Positions 46,901-61,300 of a stretch of 64,000 nucleotides of DNA are shown one piece after another. This DNA is from Dimorphilus gyrociliatus (lineage: Eukaryota > Animalia > Annelida). The notes beneath the pieces are model-generated. The model was not told where the DNA came from, did not search any database, and saw only the letters and a program-made list of their open reading frames with translations. The position numbers and the translations under genes were made by a program. Numbering within the stretch: the stretch's first letter is position 1; each line of letters opens with the position of its first letter. The stretch is from the NCBI GenBank assembly GCA_904063045.1, contig CAJFCJ010000006.1, forward strand, positions 3,736,408-3,800,407, read 5' to 3'.

Positions 46901-49900
46901 CCTTACTTATCATTCGTTGCTATATTGTCTAAAAATAGAGTACAAGACGAGAAATCCGCTATTACACAGAGAAGTTTCGAACAGAAAACCGATTAAGTAA
47001 AGATAATACTGAAAATAAAGAAGCCCTGATTGTGGACGGCCATGTAAATTAGTTATTTAAATTGACAAAAAAACTCTAGGTTACTGTTGACAATAACCTA
47101 ATTTAGTTTTGTTGTTTTTTCCTCGACAGACATTGAAATGGGCTCTGGAAGAAGAACTTTGGCAAGAATTCGTAAGTCTAGCCGTGAGTTGTAAAGCCGT
47201 TATTTGCTGCAGGTATTATAGAATTTATAATATAAATACAAAAGAATGTGAATATGAAAGAAAAATAATGCGAGAAAGGTAGAGATAAAGCAAGAAAGCT
47301 AGACAGAATGAAAGGAAAAGAACGAATGAATGTGCGAACAAGAAAGAAATTAAATTGAGCTTTCTTTTCAGAGTATCACCATTGCAAAAGGCTGATATAG
47401 TAAAGTTTGTTAAGAAGTTTGTATCTGGAACCATAACACTAGCAATTGGTGACGGAGCAAACGATGTGGGAATGATTCAAGTTTGTTTAGCAAACTCTAA
47501 CGTTTTACCGTTTGTAAACGCTTAAAATTAATTATACAGGAAGCCCACGTGGGCGTCGGCATTTCTGGTCACGAAGGACTCCAGGCTGCTCATGCTTCTG
47601 ATTATGCAATTGGACAATTTAGATTTTTGAATAAGCTAATTTTAGTTCATGGAGCATGGTCTCATCAGCGTTTAACAAAGCTTATCCTCTACTCCTTTTA
47701 TAAGAATGTTTGCTTATATGTTATTGAATTCTGGTTTGCGGTTGTATCCGGCTTTTCTGGTCAGATTGTGTTCGATAGGTGGACGATAGCCCTTTACAAC
47801 GTCGTCTTTACGGCCGCTCCCCCTCTAGCCCTCGGACTATTTGATCGGCATTGCACTGCAAAGAGTTTGCTAAATTTTCCACAATTATATAGAACTTCTC
47901 AATTGTCCGAAACATTTAATGTCAAAGTTTTTTGGTTTTGGATAATGAATGCAGTTTATCATTCAATTCTATTGTTTTGGATGCCTTTGTGCTTTCTCAG
48001 CCATGGTTTGTATAAGATATTTTTTTCTAATAATAGAAAAAATTGACAGCGAGAAAGGATCGATTTTTTTCAATTTCTTTTCTCACCTCTTAAATATAGA
48101 TATAGCTTTCCGCGATGGAAAAGTTGGTGACTATTTATTTCTTGGCAATATGGTTTACACTGTAAGTAAATAAATAATAAAATATTTGTAACTTAATTAA
48201 TTCCCTCCTTTCTTCCCTTTCAGTATGTTGTTGTTACTGTTTGTTTAAAGGCTGCCTTGGAACATAGTGCTTGGACAGTTGTAAGTTTCATTTCTTAAAT
48301 GTTTTCACTCTTTTCATTTTTCCCTCTCTTTATTAAATGTAATAATTCTTTTATTAATACGTTTAATAGTTTAGCCATGTTGCAATATGGGGTTCAATTG
48401 TCACTTGGTTTTTAACATTGTTGACTTATTCTCACTTTTGGCCTACTTTGCCTATTGGTGCTGAAATGGTTGGTATGGATATGTAAGTATAGTTAATTTG
48501 TTTTTGACAAATTAAAATTAATTAAATCGTAAATATTTAATTGAAAAGAAATTATTAATTGTTTCTTATTTCTTCATCAGCTACGTTTTCGGCTGTTGGA
48601 TATTCTGGTTTGGTCTTCTACTTATACCAACAGTTTCCTTAACAAGAGACTTAGTATGGAAAGTGTTAGTATTTTAAATAATTCATCGATTAGACAATAC
48701 ATTTAACAATTTCTGCCTATTTTGATAGTATTCGTAGAACATTCTTTAAGACAATCAAAGAAGAAGTTCAAGAGCATGAATTACGGCACGAGGATCCTGC
48801 TGGAGTAATCAAAAAAGACGCTAGGAAAAGGTTAGTTATATTAATAACTAAAAATAATGTTTATACATACATATACAGATATCCTTGTATATCTATATGT
48901 ATATATAAATTATTTATATTCTTTTCTAATCATTACGAAAGAAAAATATTACTTTTAATGCATTTCAAGACACCTAATGCGGTCTATTTTTCACTTTTAT
49001 CCCTTTTTCCATTATAGTGTCAAACGCTACAGTTACGGGTAACTGTTTCTTTTTTTTCTTTTTGGGCTATTTTATATAGGCTATATGAGTTAAAATTCCT
49101 TTTCGCTGTCCTAAAAATTAACCCATTTTTTTTGCCATTTAATTATTAATTTTACGTTCTTTAGATCAATTTATTATCGGAATCGTTGTCTTAAGGTGAT
49201 CGCTTAAAACACTATAAAAAATTATTAATAAAGATTTATACAAAAAAATATTTATTAAAGGTTTTTTATTTTCTTTCTGTTTTTAAAAATGATTTCTTTT
49301 TTTTTCTCCTCTTTGCCTACCTATGGGTTTTTTGGTTGCAAATTTGCGATATAGTAGTTTTATATAATTCTTTTATTTACTTTAAACTGTCTTGCAGGGT
49401 TTTTATTATGTAAAATAATTGTGATAATAACGGTTGTTTATGTGCATATAAGATGATTTGAATTATACAGTATATATATTATATGTACTATTTGTATATG
49501 CTGTATGTATGTATAAGTCTGTTTAGACAGTATATATATATACGAAATTTAACAAACTAACATAAGAATTTGAATCGCTTTTATAAATATGTTTTGAACT
49601 TTTTTAATTTTGAGAAAATGGCTTTTTAACAAAAAATAATATCCTGCTTTTAAAATGAAAAAGACGGTGACAGTTTTTTTAGGCAATAAGCATGTTTGGT
49701 GTAGAAAATTAAAAAAATTGGAAAGGAGCTATTTCCCCGTATCACGTGACTAGGGGCTACTTGCACCTGCTTGGGGTAGGGTAAAAAAAAAGAGAAAGCG
49801 TGCGAAGATAAAGAGTGCACTACAAAAACTATTGTATGTAAGCAATGTATTAATAGAGCACGTGATACCTTGAAATATCTTGGATTCAAAGGAAAGATGT

Positions 49901-50539
49901 TTGTATACAGCATACATATAGAGATATATAATTACTGTATACAGACAGCATTAAGATCGTTCCGTAAATATAAACATTGAAAAAGAATCAACCTTTCCTC
50001 TCTTTTTTTAAACATAATAGCATTCAAAATGAGAATGTTCTATAGGAATGATCTCAATAGCTAATATATATATATATATATATATAAATGTGAATGTACC
50101 ACCAAATTGAAACTAACATAAAAATATAATCGCTTTTTCCTTGAATGTCATATAAAATGAGCTTTTAAATTTTAACAGAGCTTCAGAAACAACTCGCTTG
50201 ATTCATAATGTTTTCTCCCGATCCTCTGGCAATGTTCACCGATCTTCTGATTCGGCCGCTCCTCAGCGTAAGAAATTTGTTTTATTTTATGATTATTCAT
50301 CATGATCGATAGCTTTATATTGAACGACTTTTTTTTTAATATATATATGCTTTTATTCATTTGCTAGGCTATATATTTTCTTGGATACGTATATATATAT
50401 AAATATAAATAATCTCTTTCTTTTTCATACAACTTTATTAGATGGATACGCCTTCTCGCAAGAAGAGCACGGCGCTGTAGCACAAGCCGAACTTATACGT
50501 AAATATGATACCCTATCCGAAAAGCCTGCCGGTCTCTAA
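43929..50539 (+). CDS. ATP8A1: P4-ATPase phospholipid flippase, ATP8A type
   Basis: First exon 43929-44037 splices in frame to 44355. Motifs [49 protein letters not shown], and last exon 50441-50539 [11 protein letters not shown]. About 15 exons. Confidence 0.95.
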
Positions 50540-50985
50540 AAATCTTCCTATCTTTATTATATACAGTATATACTATATATAATTATATATATAGTGAAAC
50601 TGTTTTCTTATATTTTCTTTTTTTTAAAAAATGACCGTTAAAAAGTTTTAAAAAAATACAAAGTTAAGTAACTTGTTTACCGAAAGTAGCCGTTTTATTG
50701 AGAATGTTTTTGCCTTAAAATTTTATGCGATGTGATATCCTGCTTATTAATATTTCTAGTCAAATGTGTTTCTATATTTATATATATATATATATGCTTT
50801 CTTTTTCACGTATGATCAAAATAACTGATGAAAATAGTTGAATAAACTAAAATTTTGGTTAAATGGAACAATCTTGAATGCTTTTATATATTCTAAAGAA
50901 TTAAAATCTATCGGAAAACCATCAAAAAATTGACAAACGATAATAAAAAAATTTATTAATGTTTTCGAGACATGATTTATTCTCT

Positions 50986-51339
<354 letters not shown>

Positions 51340-51959
51340 TTACTTCGAGAATCTGAGAATGACAAGTTGATGTTGTACCGCCAAGCGATGAACAGTGTTT
51401 ACCGGTGCTCAGTAACAACACACAAATTTACCGGAACAAACTCAGTCAATGATTGGTTTAAAATAAAAGCTAACTCGATCGTTGATTGGTAGATATTCAG
51501 TCGTCAAAGTAAAAGGTGATTGGTTATAAATACTTCTTTACTTGATTGGATAGATGCAGCTTCCGGTTTACTAAAGGCGGGATAAAAAATATGGAAAAAA
51601 TAAATACTACAAAGATGCACCTGGATTTTATTTGCGGAAATTGGCGAACAACTAAAAAGTTTAAAATACCATTTGCTAACTAGCCATAAGATACTCTATT
51701 GAGTAAGCTAAATATTCGCTCTATTATACTCACGTATAAGTCCTCGCCGCAAGTCATTTTAGAGCCTTGTAGTATAGTTGCTATTGAAATATGACAATGT
51801 ATAGCATAATTTAAACGTTTTATAGAACATTCTATTTTAATAATTTGTAATATTAATAGCATCAAAAGAAATTAGAAGATAAAAAACCAACAGATGGCAT
51901 TATTGACAATTACGTATATTACTAAAAAGTCTTATCACATCTAACCAACTTCCACAACA

Positions 51960-52420
51960 AAGACAACGTCCGATAAAGACAATTAGATTTAAAGTGCAAG
52001 TGGATTGGAAGGAGAAAGCAACGAAAGTATTGAAATTAAAACAAAACATCTCTCTATATATGGGAAATATGAAAAAAGACTTCTATATTGTTTTAAGATT
52101 ATGAAATAAAAAAAAATGAATTAGATATCAACTGTTACACTTTACAGACAGAAACATTTGTTACCAGAGTTGTGTTTATCATTATAAGAACCCAAATGGT
52201 TTAAAAAAATTACACTGTCAGCAACATAAGAGGTTTTAAAATGAAATCAATAAAAGGCATTGTACTTAAACATAGGCTATTCATTTTATAAATAACGTCT
52301 TTGAAAAGAATTATAAATTGCAATCAAATAGAAATAGAACTTGAGCATACAAATATTAAAATTGAAGAAGAGGAAAAAACCTGATATAAAATACGACCAA
52401 TTTTTAGACGTAGAACTGGT
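51960..52420 (+). pseudogene. Possible decayed B-box/coiled-coil (TRIM-like) gene remnant
   Basis: Frameshifted fragments KHLSIYGKYEKRLLYCFKIM, NELDINCYT/DRNICYQSCVYH and LHCQQH, followed by the acidic helical QIEIELEHTNIKIEEEEK. Resemblance only. Confidence 0.25.
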
Positions 52421-53516
52421 TCCCCTCTCTTTTCTTTATTTAACAATATACATATTGTATACATAAGAATTTCATCCTTGACTAACAGCATCTTTTATAA
52501 TTAATTTTATGCCTCAAAAACAAAAACTGATATCATAATCATTTAAAAGGGAAAAAAAAGCAATTCTCCTATGGGAAATGTTATAAATATTATTTAGTTG
52601 CCATAGTAACAAAAAAGATTTTTGTGACTCTTTTATATTCTGTACTGCTAACCCTTTAAATATTATTTCAATATATGAAGATATTACGAAAGTTAAATAT
52701 CCTCTTCAAGTGTTTTATTCATAAAAAGAGTTCTCATTAATAAAGACGAATATTTGAAGAACACTACAACAATTACAGTAATAGATTAAATATTTCTCTC
52801 TCTCTCTTTCTTTCTTGCTATCCTCTTTCTTTCTTTGAAAGTTCAGACAATAGTAATTCAGTTTTATTGTTTGTGTTATTCATTTAATCCACAGAAAAAA
52901 AGCGAAGGAACTTTGAAAAATTACGATGCTATTTTTATTACATAGGCCTATAAAATCAATGTCATATCTAAAGTATGAATATATACGTAGTTAATATATA
53001 CTATATATATGTATATAACAATAAAAGTATTGTTTCAAATCATAACCTTCAAAATATGACCTAAACAAACTTTTTTAGTTAAAAAAGAAAAAACGAACTA
53101 TTTCTTTCTCACTTTAGCTACTTTTGATAAGAACTCGAAAAAAAGAGAATAAAGAGATGTTTTGTTTTTTTAAAAAAACAAAACTAAACAGAAAAACATC
53201 ATAAATTTATTTTAGGTCTCCCTTCTCGCTGTTGTTTTTTTTTTAGGTTTATATTGTTTAATTTAATAATGTTAAATATCTATTTTTTACGTTTCTCTTT
53301 TATCTATAATTGAATGAAAGATAGTTTAAAAGTATATAAAGTAGCTGTTAAACTATAGTATTTAAATAATCGGTAAATATAAATTTAAAAATAATCTGAT
53401 GTCATATCTATGATGGATATGAACGTGGTATTCATTTAAGTACTAGTTATCATTATTCGCGATATTTGATAAACGTTGTCTTTATAATGGGATTCCTGGC
53501 CGGAAGTCACAAGAAA

Positions 53517-54428
53517 TTACATTGCAGAATCCATAGACAACCAACGAAATGGTTTTTTTACTTCCATTGATCCGTGAACTTTTTCAAAATCCGGTAGTTG
53601 ACCTTTTACTCTTTCAATCCAGGCGAGAAGACGAGGTCTTCCATCGCCTATTGCAAAACCAGAAGCGACAGCCTGCGCTAACTCACAAATAGCTAGGACA
53701 TCTGCAATAGTGATTTCATTTGAACATAGAAAGTCTTTATCCTGTATGAATAATCGTATTAAAATTAACATAATGGAACACAGTTAAAAAAGAATTGCTG
53801 ATTACTTTAAGAAAAGTGACAACTAATTGATGTAATACATGATCCAATCGAGATCTAGCCCTCCTCAACTCTTCTTCATTTACAGGAATATGCATCCTCT
53901 TAGGTTGTACAATCCTCAATTTATAGACGCTTGCCGCAGCTACCTTGGTATTCGCGTCGTGCCAAGCTATATATTCGTCGACCTAATTTTTTTAGGACGA
54001 CAAAAATAAAAACGTCAATTTCTATACGATTACTAATCGGATTGGTAGGCCTACAAGTAGAGTTACCTTGGCTCTAGCAACAATATCCCTTGGGTACCAG
54101 TGGTCAGCTAATTCAAATCTTGCGCATAAATATCGTAGTATAGCTGAACTTCCGGTTAAATGAAGACGCTTTTCATGATCAATTATAGCTGGGTAAGGCA
54201 TTGTGTCAGGTATCTCGGATGAATATTCCCTTTCAACTAAATAGAATAAAACGAATTTATTCACAGATTGTACTCTTTTCGGAAATTTATCGTTGTAATC
54301 TTACGTTTTGGCGTTCTTTTTATTTCCAGCATTTGAACTGGAATATTATTGCACTTTAGAAGTAGCAATACAGCTCTGGAAGGTGGAGAATTGACATCAC
54401 ACAAAGCTTCTAAACAAGAAGATTGCAT
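53517..54428 (-). CDS. GSTT: Glutathione S-transferase, theta class
   Basis: Four exons: ..NSPPSRAVLLLL..|..PAIID..LTGSSAILRYL..DHWYPRDIVARAK|VDEYIAWH..|DKDFLCSNEITIADVLAICEL..RPRLLAWIERV. Confidence 0.9.
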
Positions 54429-56117
54429 ATCTCGTTTTTCCCCCAGAAAAATATCCGTATGTTACGGTCAAATGTTGTAGATTGCAGTCGAATGCTGTAA
54501 AGCAATCAATAGTAATGCCAAAATTTGTTCGGTGACGTCGCACTTTGGTAGATGCGTCTTTTCGATTATTTATTCGTCAATATCCGTAGTGCCTGGACGT
54601 TTGGAAAATGCTAAAGGAACATCATCTAAAAATAGCTGATAAATTTCGCTTTTATCCATTGAATGCGTATGTCATCAATTACTTAAAATTAATCATTAAT
54701 CAACGCTTAAATGCACAAAAAAAGAAGAAAAACATAATTAATTTTTTCCTTTTTTTTTAAAAAAAACAAAAATCTCTTTTAAATGAGATTGGCTATTAAA
54801 AAGTAAATTTCGTTACTATTTCTATAATTATAATTGTTAGAACCTTTAACTAGATGAGAAGAAAAAGGAGATAATTTTATACAAAGTTCATCAAACCCCT
54901 TCCCGCTCTCTCCTTCTTTCCGTTGTTCGCTTCCGCTCCTATATTATATTCTTGTTATGGATATTATAAAAAGGACAAATGCAACGATTTTTTAAACATG
55001 TACTGTATTTATTATAATTCTAGGCGTTCTACTTATTAAAATGATATTTTCATCTCTTTAATTATATATATGTGTATATATTTCCAAGAAAATATGGAAA
55101 TCACTGGACAAACAAATCAAAGAATGCATTTAATTTCTTTTCTCTTCCCCTTCCATATTTCCTGTATATTTAATAACTTCAGGATCATTACAGTTTGTGC
55201 ACGGAGTTACATACTTTAGGCTTAATAGACATTTTTTTTATCCTCCCTCATACTTTTGAACAAAACGCTTTCAGTACTAAATCATATATTTGCATTCAAT
55301 TTAGATGATTCGCTGTTGATAAAGAAAAATAAATGATAGGGGACAGTTAATATTTATGTTAATCTGATAATATTTTAATAGAATATTTATATAAACTCGT
55401 TAACTCATCTCAATTAATTAAGAAGTTTAAGAGCTATTCCATTTTGATGTTTAATTTTTTCTTTTCTTTGCTATTTGTTACCTTCCTGCTTATTTTTACA
55501 TCTTCATTTAATGTAGATTATTTCGTAATTTTTTGCATATAGATAGTTATTTTCCAATTCCTTCCCCCCTGACTTCATCTTAAAAATCCCCTCTATCCCC
55601 TCTGCTTTTCTCTCTCTCTCTCTGTCCCCTTGTTCGACATTAATAAAGAATTACTTATAAAGCAAAATATTTACCAATTTTGCGGTTAATGATAATGATT
55701 TTAAGCAGTTTTTTATCTATATTTACGCATTAAAAAATAAACATTAAAGAAATCTTTGAAGGATGGAACGAAGGTGGACAAAGATTTGACTATACTCCTT
55801 TCTTCTCATCTCAAAACTACATTATAAATCTAATATAAATACATCATTGTGTAGGAAAATCTGTTCGTGTTATCGTATTAATTAAGACAAGAGCAAGCGA
55901 TAAATACTTTTCATAGTGAACTTTTACAAACAAAAAAAGAGTTTATTACATAGAGAAAAGGCAAACGTTTTATAATCTTTAACAGCAATGCCATCTATTA
56001 CGTAATATACATAACTAAATGCTACTTTCTTATAAGACACAAGAGAGGCCGCATGTAAGTACACTTTTTTGTAAGATTGCCTGTTAACTCTAAACAAACA
56101 CTAATTTTAAAAAAAGT

Positions 56118-57291
56118 CTAAGCATTAGAGTAATGATCGGCAGGATCTTCTCCGTATTTCTTTTCTTTCCCTCTCTTCTGGAACTCTTCGAAGCCTTCGT
56201 AAGTTTTCTCATCAAATGGTTTTGCATTTTGGACATGGTTGAAAAAGATTTTCGTCATACTCAAAGCCATAGCCTCGTAACATGGATCGCAGTAACAGTG
56301 TATCATTGCTGACCAGAATTTGGCTGTTCATAAAAATAACGAAAAAGTTTTATTATCGCTTTCGAAATTATTCAAAAATATTCAAAAACCTACCAGCGCA
56401 AGAGAGGTTGACAGCAAATACTCTATAACACGGTGTAACGTGCCAGATGTGACAGAAAGTAAGGCAAGCGAATTGGCAACCCCAACAAAATGCCATGGGA
56501 ATGGCACATATAAAAGTGAGAATCTATTAATAAATATATCATTTTATATAACGATTTTTCACGAATATTTAATTTACTTTATAGCAAATATTCTTTCCAA
56601 TAAAGAAACATTTGTTTGAATTCACCCATACGCAATCGGCGCTATGACCTCCATCGGGTTCTCCAATGACCTCTGAAAAGTTTGTCTGAAAGAAATATTA
56701 AGATAAAATTATCAAACAAAAAAAAAATAAACGTAGGCGATAGATAAGATAACTACATCTGCGAATAACTTTAAACTCTCAAAATATCAGATCTCTCACT
56801 CTTCTTTCTCTCTAACTGAACACTTATTATCTGATTGTTAAATTGATTATAGGCCTTTGGCAAATTCTACAATTTTATGCTAAAAAACAACTATGAAAGT
56901 AATTACGATTAAGTAGATTATCAGTTCACGTTAGATTAAAAATACACGAATTTCATAAAAAATGAAAATAAAATCATATCTCTAAAAATTTTGTATAGCA
57001 TAGCAATTTCATATAAAACAATACGACTATGCCTTTATTAGTTTACAGCCTATATTTATAACCCTAGAACAATTTTATAGCCGAAGACGTGCTCATATAT
57101 AAATGAACTATTATGTTTTTTCACTTTATATATACAAAATATAGATATAAATCTATTAAAAATTACTAATTAATACTATTAGTAAACATATTTAATATGT
57201 TAGAAAACAATATGAATAGAATTGTTACCTTCACGTGATAGTTTAGGTCGTTTGGATCACGATGTTCCATGTCAATTGATGCATCACCCAT
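56118..57291 (-). CDS. CAV: Caveolin, 168 aa (mostly hidden from ORF track)
   Basis: Exons 57291-57229, 56685-56578, 56523-56394 and 56323-56118 give ..HRDPNDLNYHVK|TNFSEVIGEPDGGHSADCVW..CYK|ILTFICAIPMAFCWGCQFACLTFCHIWHVTPC..|..CDPCYEA. Confidence 0.92.
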
Positions 57292-58589
57292 GGTCCTTTA
57301 TTAAGTTTAAAATATAGAATAATACAAAAAGTATAAAAATTTAGCTTAGTTAGCTCTTTAAGCCGGCAGAGTCGTTGCGTATATATGCTGCTGCGCTCTT
57401 TTAAAGCTGAATGAATTTAATCAGCAGTGGTTTAGTAAATAACCGAATTCTCTTATCAGTCAACTAGGAGTAAATTGGTTAAATAGGCCTAGTTCTGAAT
57501 TGTTCCAAAGTTCAAACGGAGATTTATATATCTATTAATTGAGAAATATACGATTCTTTATGGTTAAGCACTTTAGGATACAATTTAAGTTTCGAACAGA
57601 ATACCCTGTTAATAACGCGCGCCGAAAATATCGTTTATTCATCAGTTTTAACTTGAATTATCAATCAACAGTATAGTTATTAATCTTGATATTAAATATA
57701 TATCTTTTACCTTACTGCAAAGCTCATATTATTAATCCGAATATGAAAAAAACTGACTTTTTTCACTTTGTAACACCGTTTCTTTCTTCTATAAGAAACT
57801 TATGCGGTTAGAACAAAGAGATACTGGATTTATCCGTGCAACCCGAAGAAGATATATGAGCGTTTGTTACTAAATGCCCTATTTATATGCTGTTTAGTTT
57901 ACTTTACTGTTATAGAAGTAAGATGAATTAATTAAATTAACAACTTTATTAACTTTATCAACTTGGAAAAGATGATTTATAAAACTAATTCAGAATTTTT
58001 TAAAAAAGTTATATTATACGTTTATATTTTTAAGATCGTTTGCTATTTTACAATATAATCTATACATTAATTATATTAAGTAATTAAGTGAAAAGAAATA
58101 TCATATATTACTGTTATCAGCTTAAATTTCCACTGGAATCGCACACAAAAAAAGCTTTGATCAGGTAGAATGTAACACACTCTTTTAACTGTTTAGAAGA
58201 GTAGGAATCCGTATATGGTATTGAAAAGTAAACAAACACACTCTACCCTGTCTATAATAAATAGTTCAGCCATCTGTTAAACGATTTAAATCTATGTCTA
58301 AAGTTAAATCTTAATCAATACTCTCAATGCGACAACTACTTTTTTTTTAAAATTATGTCATTTTATGGCCATTAATTTAACGCTTATATTCCACGTTAAT
58401 ACGGGAAAAAGATTAATTTACTATACAGCTAGGTATTTGAATCTGTTTGCTTTGTATTATTCTTAAATATCATAAATTAGAAAGCTAAAATTGGAAAAGA
58501 GATTGATATGTATGCTGGTTTTTTGTTTGAAAAATAAGTGCGGTACGTGCTTTATCAGCAGAATACAGGGGAATCTTCCTTCCTGGGCT

Positions 58590-58619
58590 ATTGGCGCCAG
58601 AAATCCTGTCGCTGATTGG
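58590..58619 (+). promoter_or_regulatory. E2F-like TTGGCGCC and inverted CCAAT boxes upstream of RPA1
   Basis: ctATTGGCGCCag at 58590-58599 and ATTGG at 58615-58619. Confidence 0.45.
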
Positions 58620-58856
58620 ATAAAATGAAAAAAGGGAGAATAAATATAATTATATTCTCAATATTTTTTTTTTGTTTTATCATTTTGTTTCACTGACAAA
58701 ATTTTACATTTGAAGGATATAGTTTTTAATAAATTGCCTGATCCGTGACTTAAATAGTATGAATCAATGTTAGAAGGAACTTGTAACCTGTCCAAAAGTG
58801 GTTGTTGAATACTAAAATCGTATCGGCTATCATTGAACCGCCAAAACCGAATAAAC

Positions 58857-60810
58857 ATGAACTTATCTAAAGGGAAATTAGTTGATATTATGAACGGGAA
58901 TAAGCCCGAAAAACCTATATTACAAATAATAGGGTTTAAACTAATGCCTGCCAGTAGAGGTACTGCGGAACGGTATAGAATAGTTATTTCAGATGGCGAT
59001 AATTCAGTTTCTTCGGCTATGCTTGGAACACAACTTAATGAAAGAGTTAAAAATGACGAAATCAATGAGAATTGTGTTGTACGTTTGGAAAATTATATGT
59101 GTAATGTTCTGGGTTCAGGAGGAGACAACCAAAGAAGGATCTTGGTTATATTCGGCATCGAAGTTTTACAAAATGGTAAAACTGTTGGTGGAATCTTAGG
59201 AAGTCCACAACCTTATAAAGTTACAAATCAGAATAAGCAGCCAGCTAATGGAACTAGTAGTGACCAAAAGGAAAACTGTCCTGGAGAAGAGCCGCCTCCC
59301 GCCAAAAAACATATATCCAGCAATTATTATTCCAATAATAAGATAGCTTCGTCGCCTGCTGCCACACCTGGAAAAGTTGCTGATATTTTATCTATTATGC
59401 CCTTCTTAAATCGATGGACAATCAAAGCCAGAGTTATGTCTAAATCTGCTATTAGAACATGGAGTAACTCCAAAGGTGAAGGAAAACTTTTCTCATGCAC
59501 TTTGGGAGACAGTTCTGGAGAGATTAAAGCTACTGCTTTTCGAAATGAAGTTGATCGTTTTTACGACGTTCTTGAACAGAATAAATGTTACTTTATTTCG
59601 AAAGGTCAAATAAAAACTGCTGACAAAAGATATAATAATCTTCCTCACGATTATGAATTGGTCTTGAACCCGGAAACCACAATAGAGCCATGTACTGAGG
59701 ACGTAGGCGACATACCATCTTTATCTTTTAAGTTTGTAAAATTTTCTAAATTGATGGAAATTGAGCCCAACTCTTTTATTGATATCGTTGGAATTGCTAA
59801 AGAAGCCACCGAAGTTTCGTCATTTGTCAGTAAGAGCAGCAATAAACAACTACGAAAGAGAGAGGTTACGTTAGTCGACGACTCGGAAACTTCAGTTAAG
59901 CTAACTTTATGGGGCGACGATGCAGATAATAATGATTGTAGCGGATCACCTGTACTAGTAATAAAAAATGTAAAAGTTTCTGACTTTGGCGGAAGATCAT
60001 TATCTTGCCTGAATTCATCTCAAATTCTCAAAAATCCAGATGTTAGAGAAGCTCACGCCCTCCAAGGATGGTTCTTGAGTAATGGTTCTTCTGCCTCGTT
60101 CAAAGAATATCAAGCTGATAGATCTGGTTCAACAGGGAATAACGCAGGAGGTGGTGGTGATATTCGTCCACTAATGTTCTTAAAGAATGGAAATATCGCA
60201 GGAGAAAAGGCGGAATATTTTTCGTCATTAGCTTGTATTTTGCAAGTGAAAATAGATAACGCGCTCTATAGAGCCTGCCCTAAAGAAAACTGTAATAAAA
60301 AGCTATCTGATCAAGGAGATGGTCGATATAGATGTGAGAAGTGCCAAGAAATGACTTCTGATTTTAAATACAGACTTATGCTACAAATGAACATAGCTGA
60401 TCATACGCATCAAATATGGATAACTGCATTTCAAGAAACTGCCGAAATAATACTTGGGAAAAAAGTTGAAGATTTAGGAAGGCTTTACGAATCGGTAAGA
60501 TTTCACCTAAAGTCGCTGAAATTTTTTTAATTTATTTTTATTTTTAGGATAACAATGCTTATAGCAACGTCTTTTCTGAGGCTGCCTTTAAGTATCACAC
60601 GCTTCGGCTAAGGTCTAAAATGGAAACTTATCAGGTAAAGTTAATTATAAACTGTTTTACGAAACAATTTAAAAATTTGTTTTTTCTTTGTTATAGGATG
60701 AGTCGAGATTAAAGACCGTTTGTACTTCAGCAAAACCAGTAAGCTTCAAGGAACACTGTGCTTACTTAATAAGCAGCATTGAAAAGATGACAAAACAAAT
60801 GAATCTTTAA
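58857..60810 (+). CDS. RPA1: Replication protein A 70 kDa subunit, 612 aa
   Basis: ATG at 58857; exons 58857-60494, 60548-60634 and 60697-60810. YRIVISDG, RWTIKARV..K..IRTWSN..GEGKLFS, and the C4 zinc motif CPKENCNKK..CEKC. Confidence 0.97.
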
Positions 60811-61300
60811 ACTTACCAATTTTTACTTCAAATATAATTGGCACTTCTAAACGAACTATTAAGTAACTGTTACTCCTATAGCTTTAGCAAAAACAGTAGG
60901 AATTTATTTTACGAACCCTTATCATCGTAAATAAAACATTTAGTTTTAAGTAGATTAAATATTTGATTATACTTGAATAAATTTTTTTTTTTTTGCAAGG
61001 TTGGCTTAACTGCGATAACTTTATTATTATTTTTTATAAATTTTTATTTTATAAAGATTTTTTTTATCCAGAATTTTCGCAAAAAAGTCAAAATTTCAAC
61101 TTTTTCATTATTTTCTAAATATACAAAACACGTATGATAACGCAAAAAGAGTAGTAGCAATAGTTTCATACTAGATATAATATAAACATATACAGATTAT
61201 TTAAAATAAAAAGAGGTATATTCAAGATAGTTGAAAACATAAGTCCGTAATTAAGCGTTTTTGAACATTTTTTTTGGATGTTTTTTTTAGATCTAATGGC

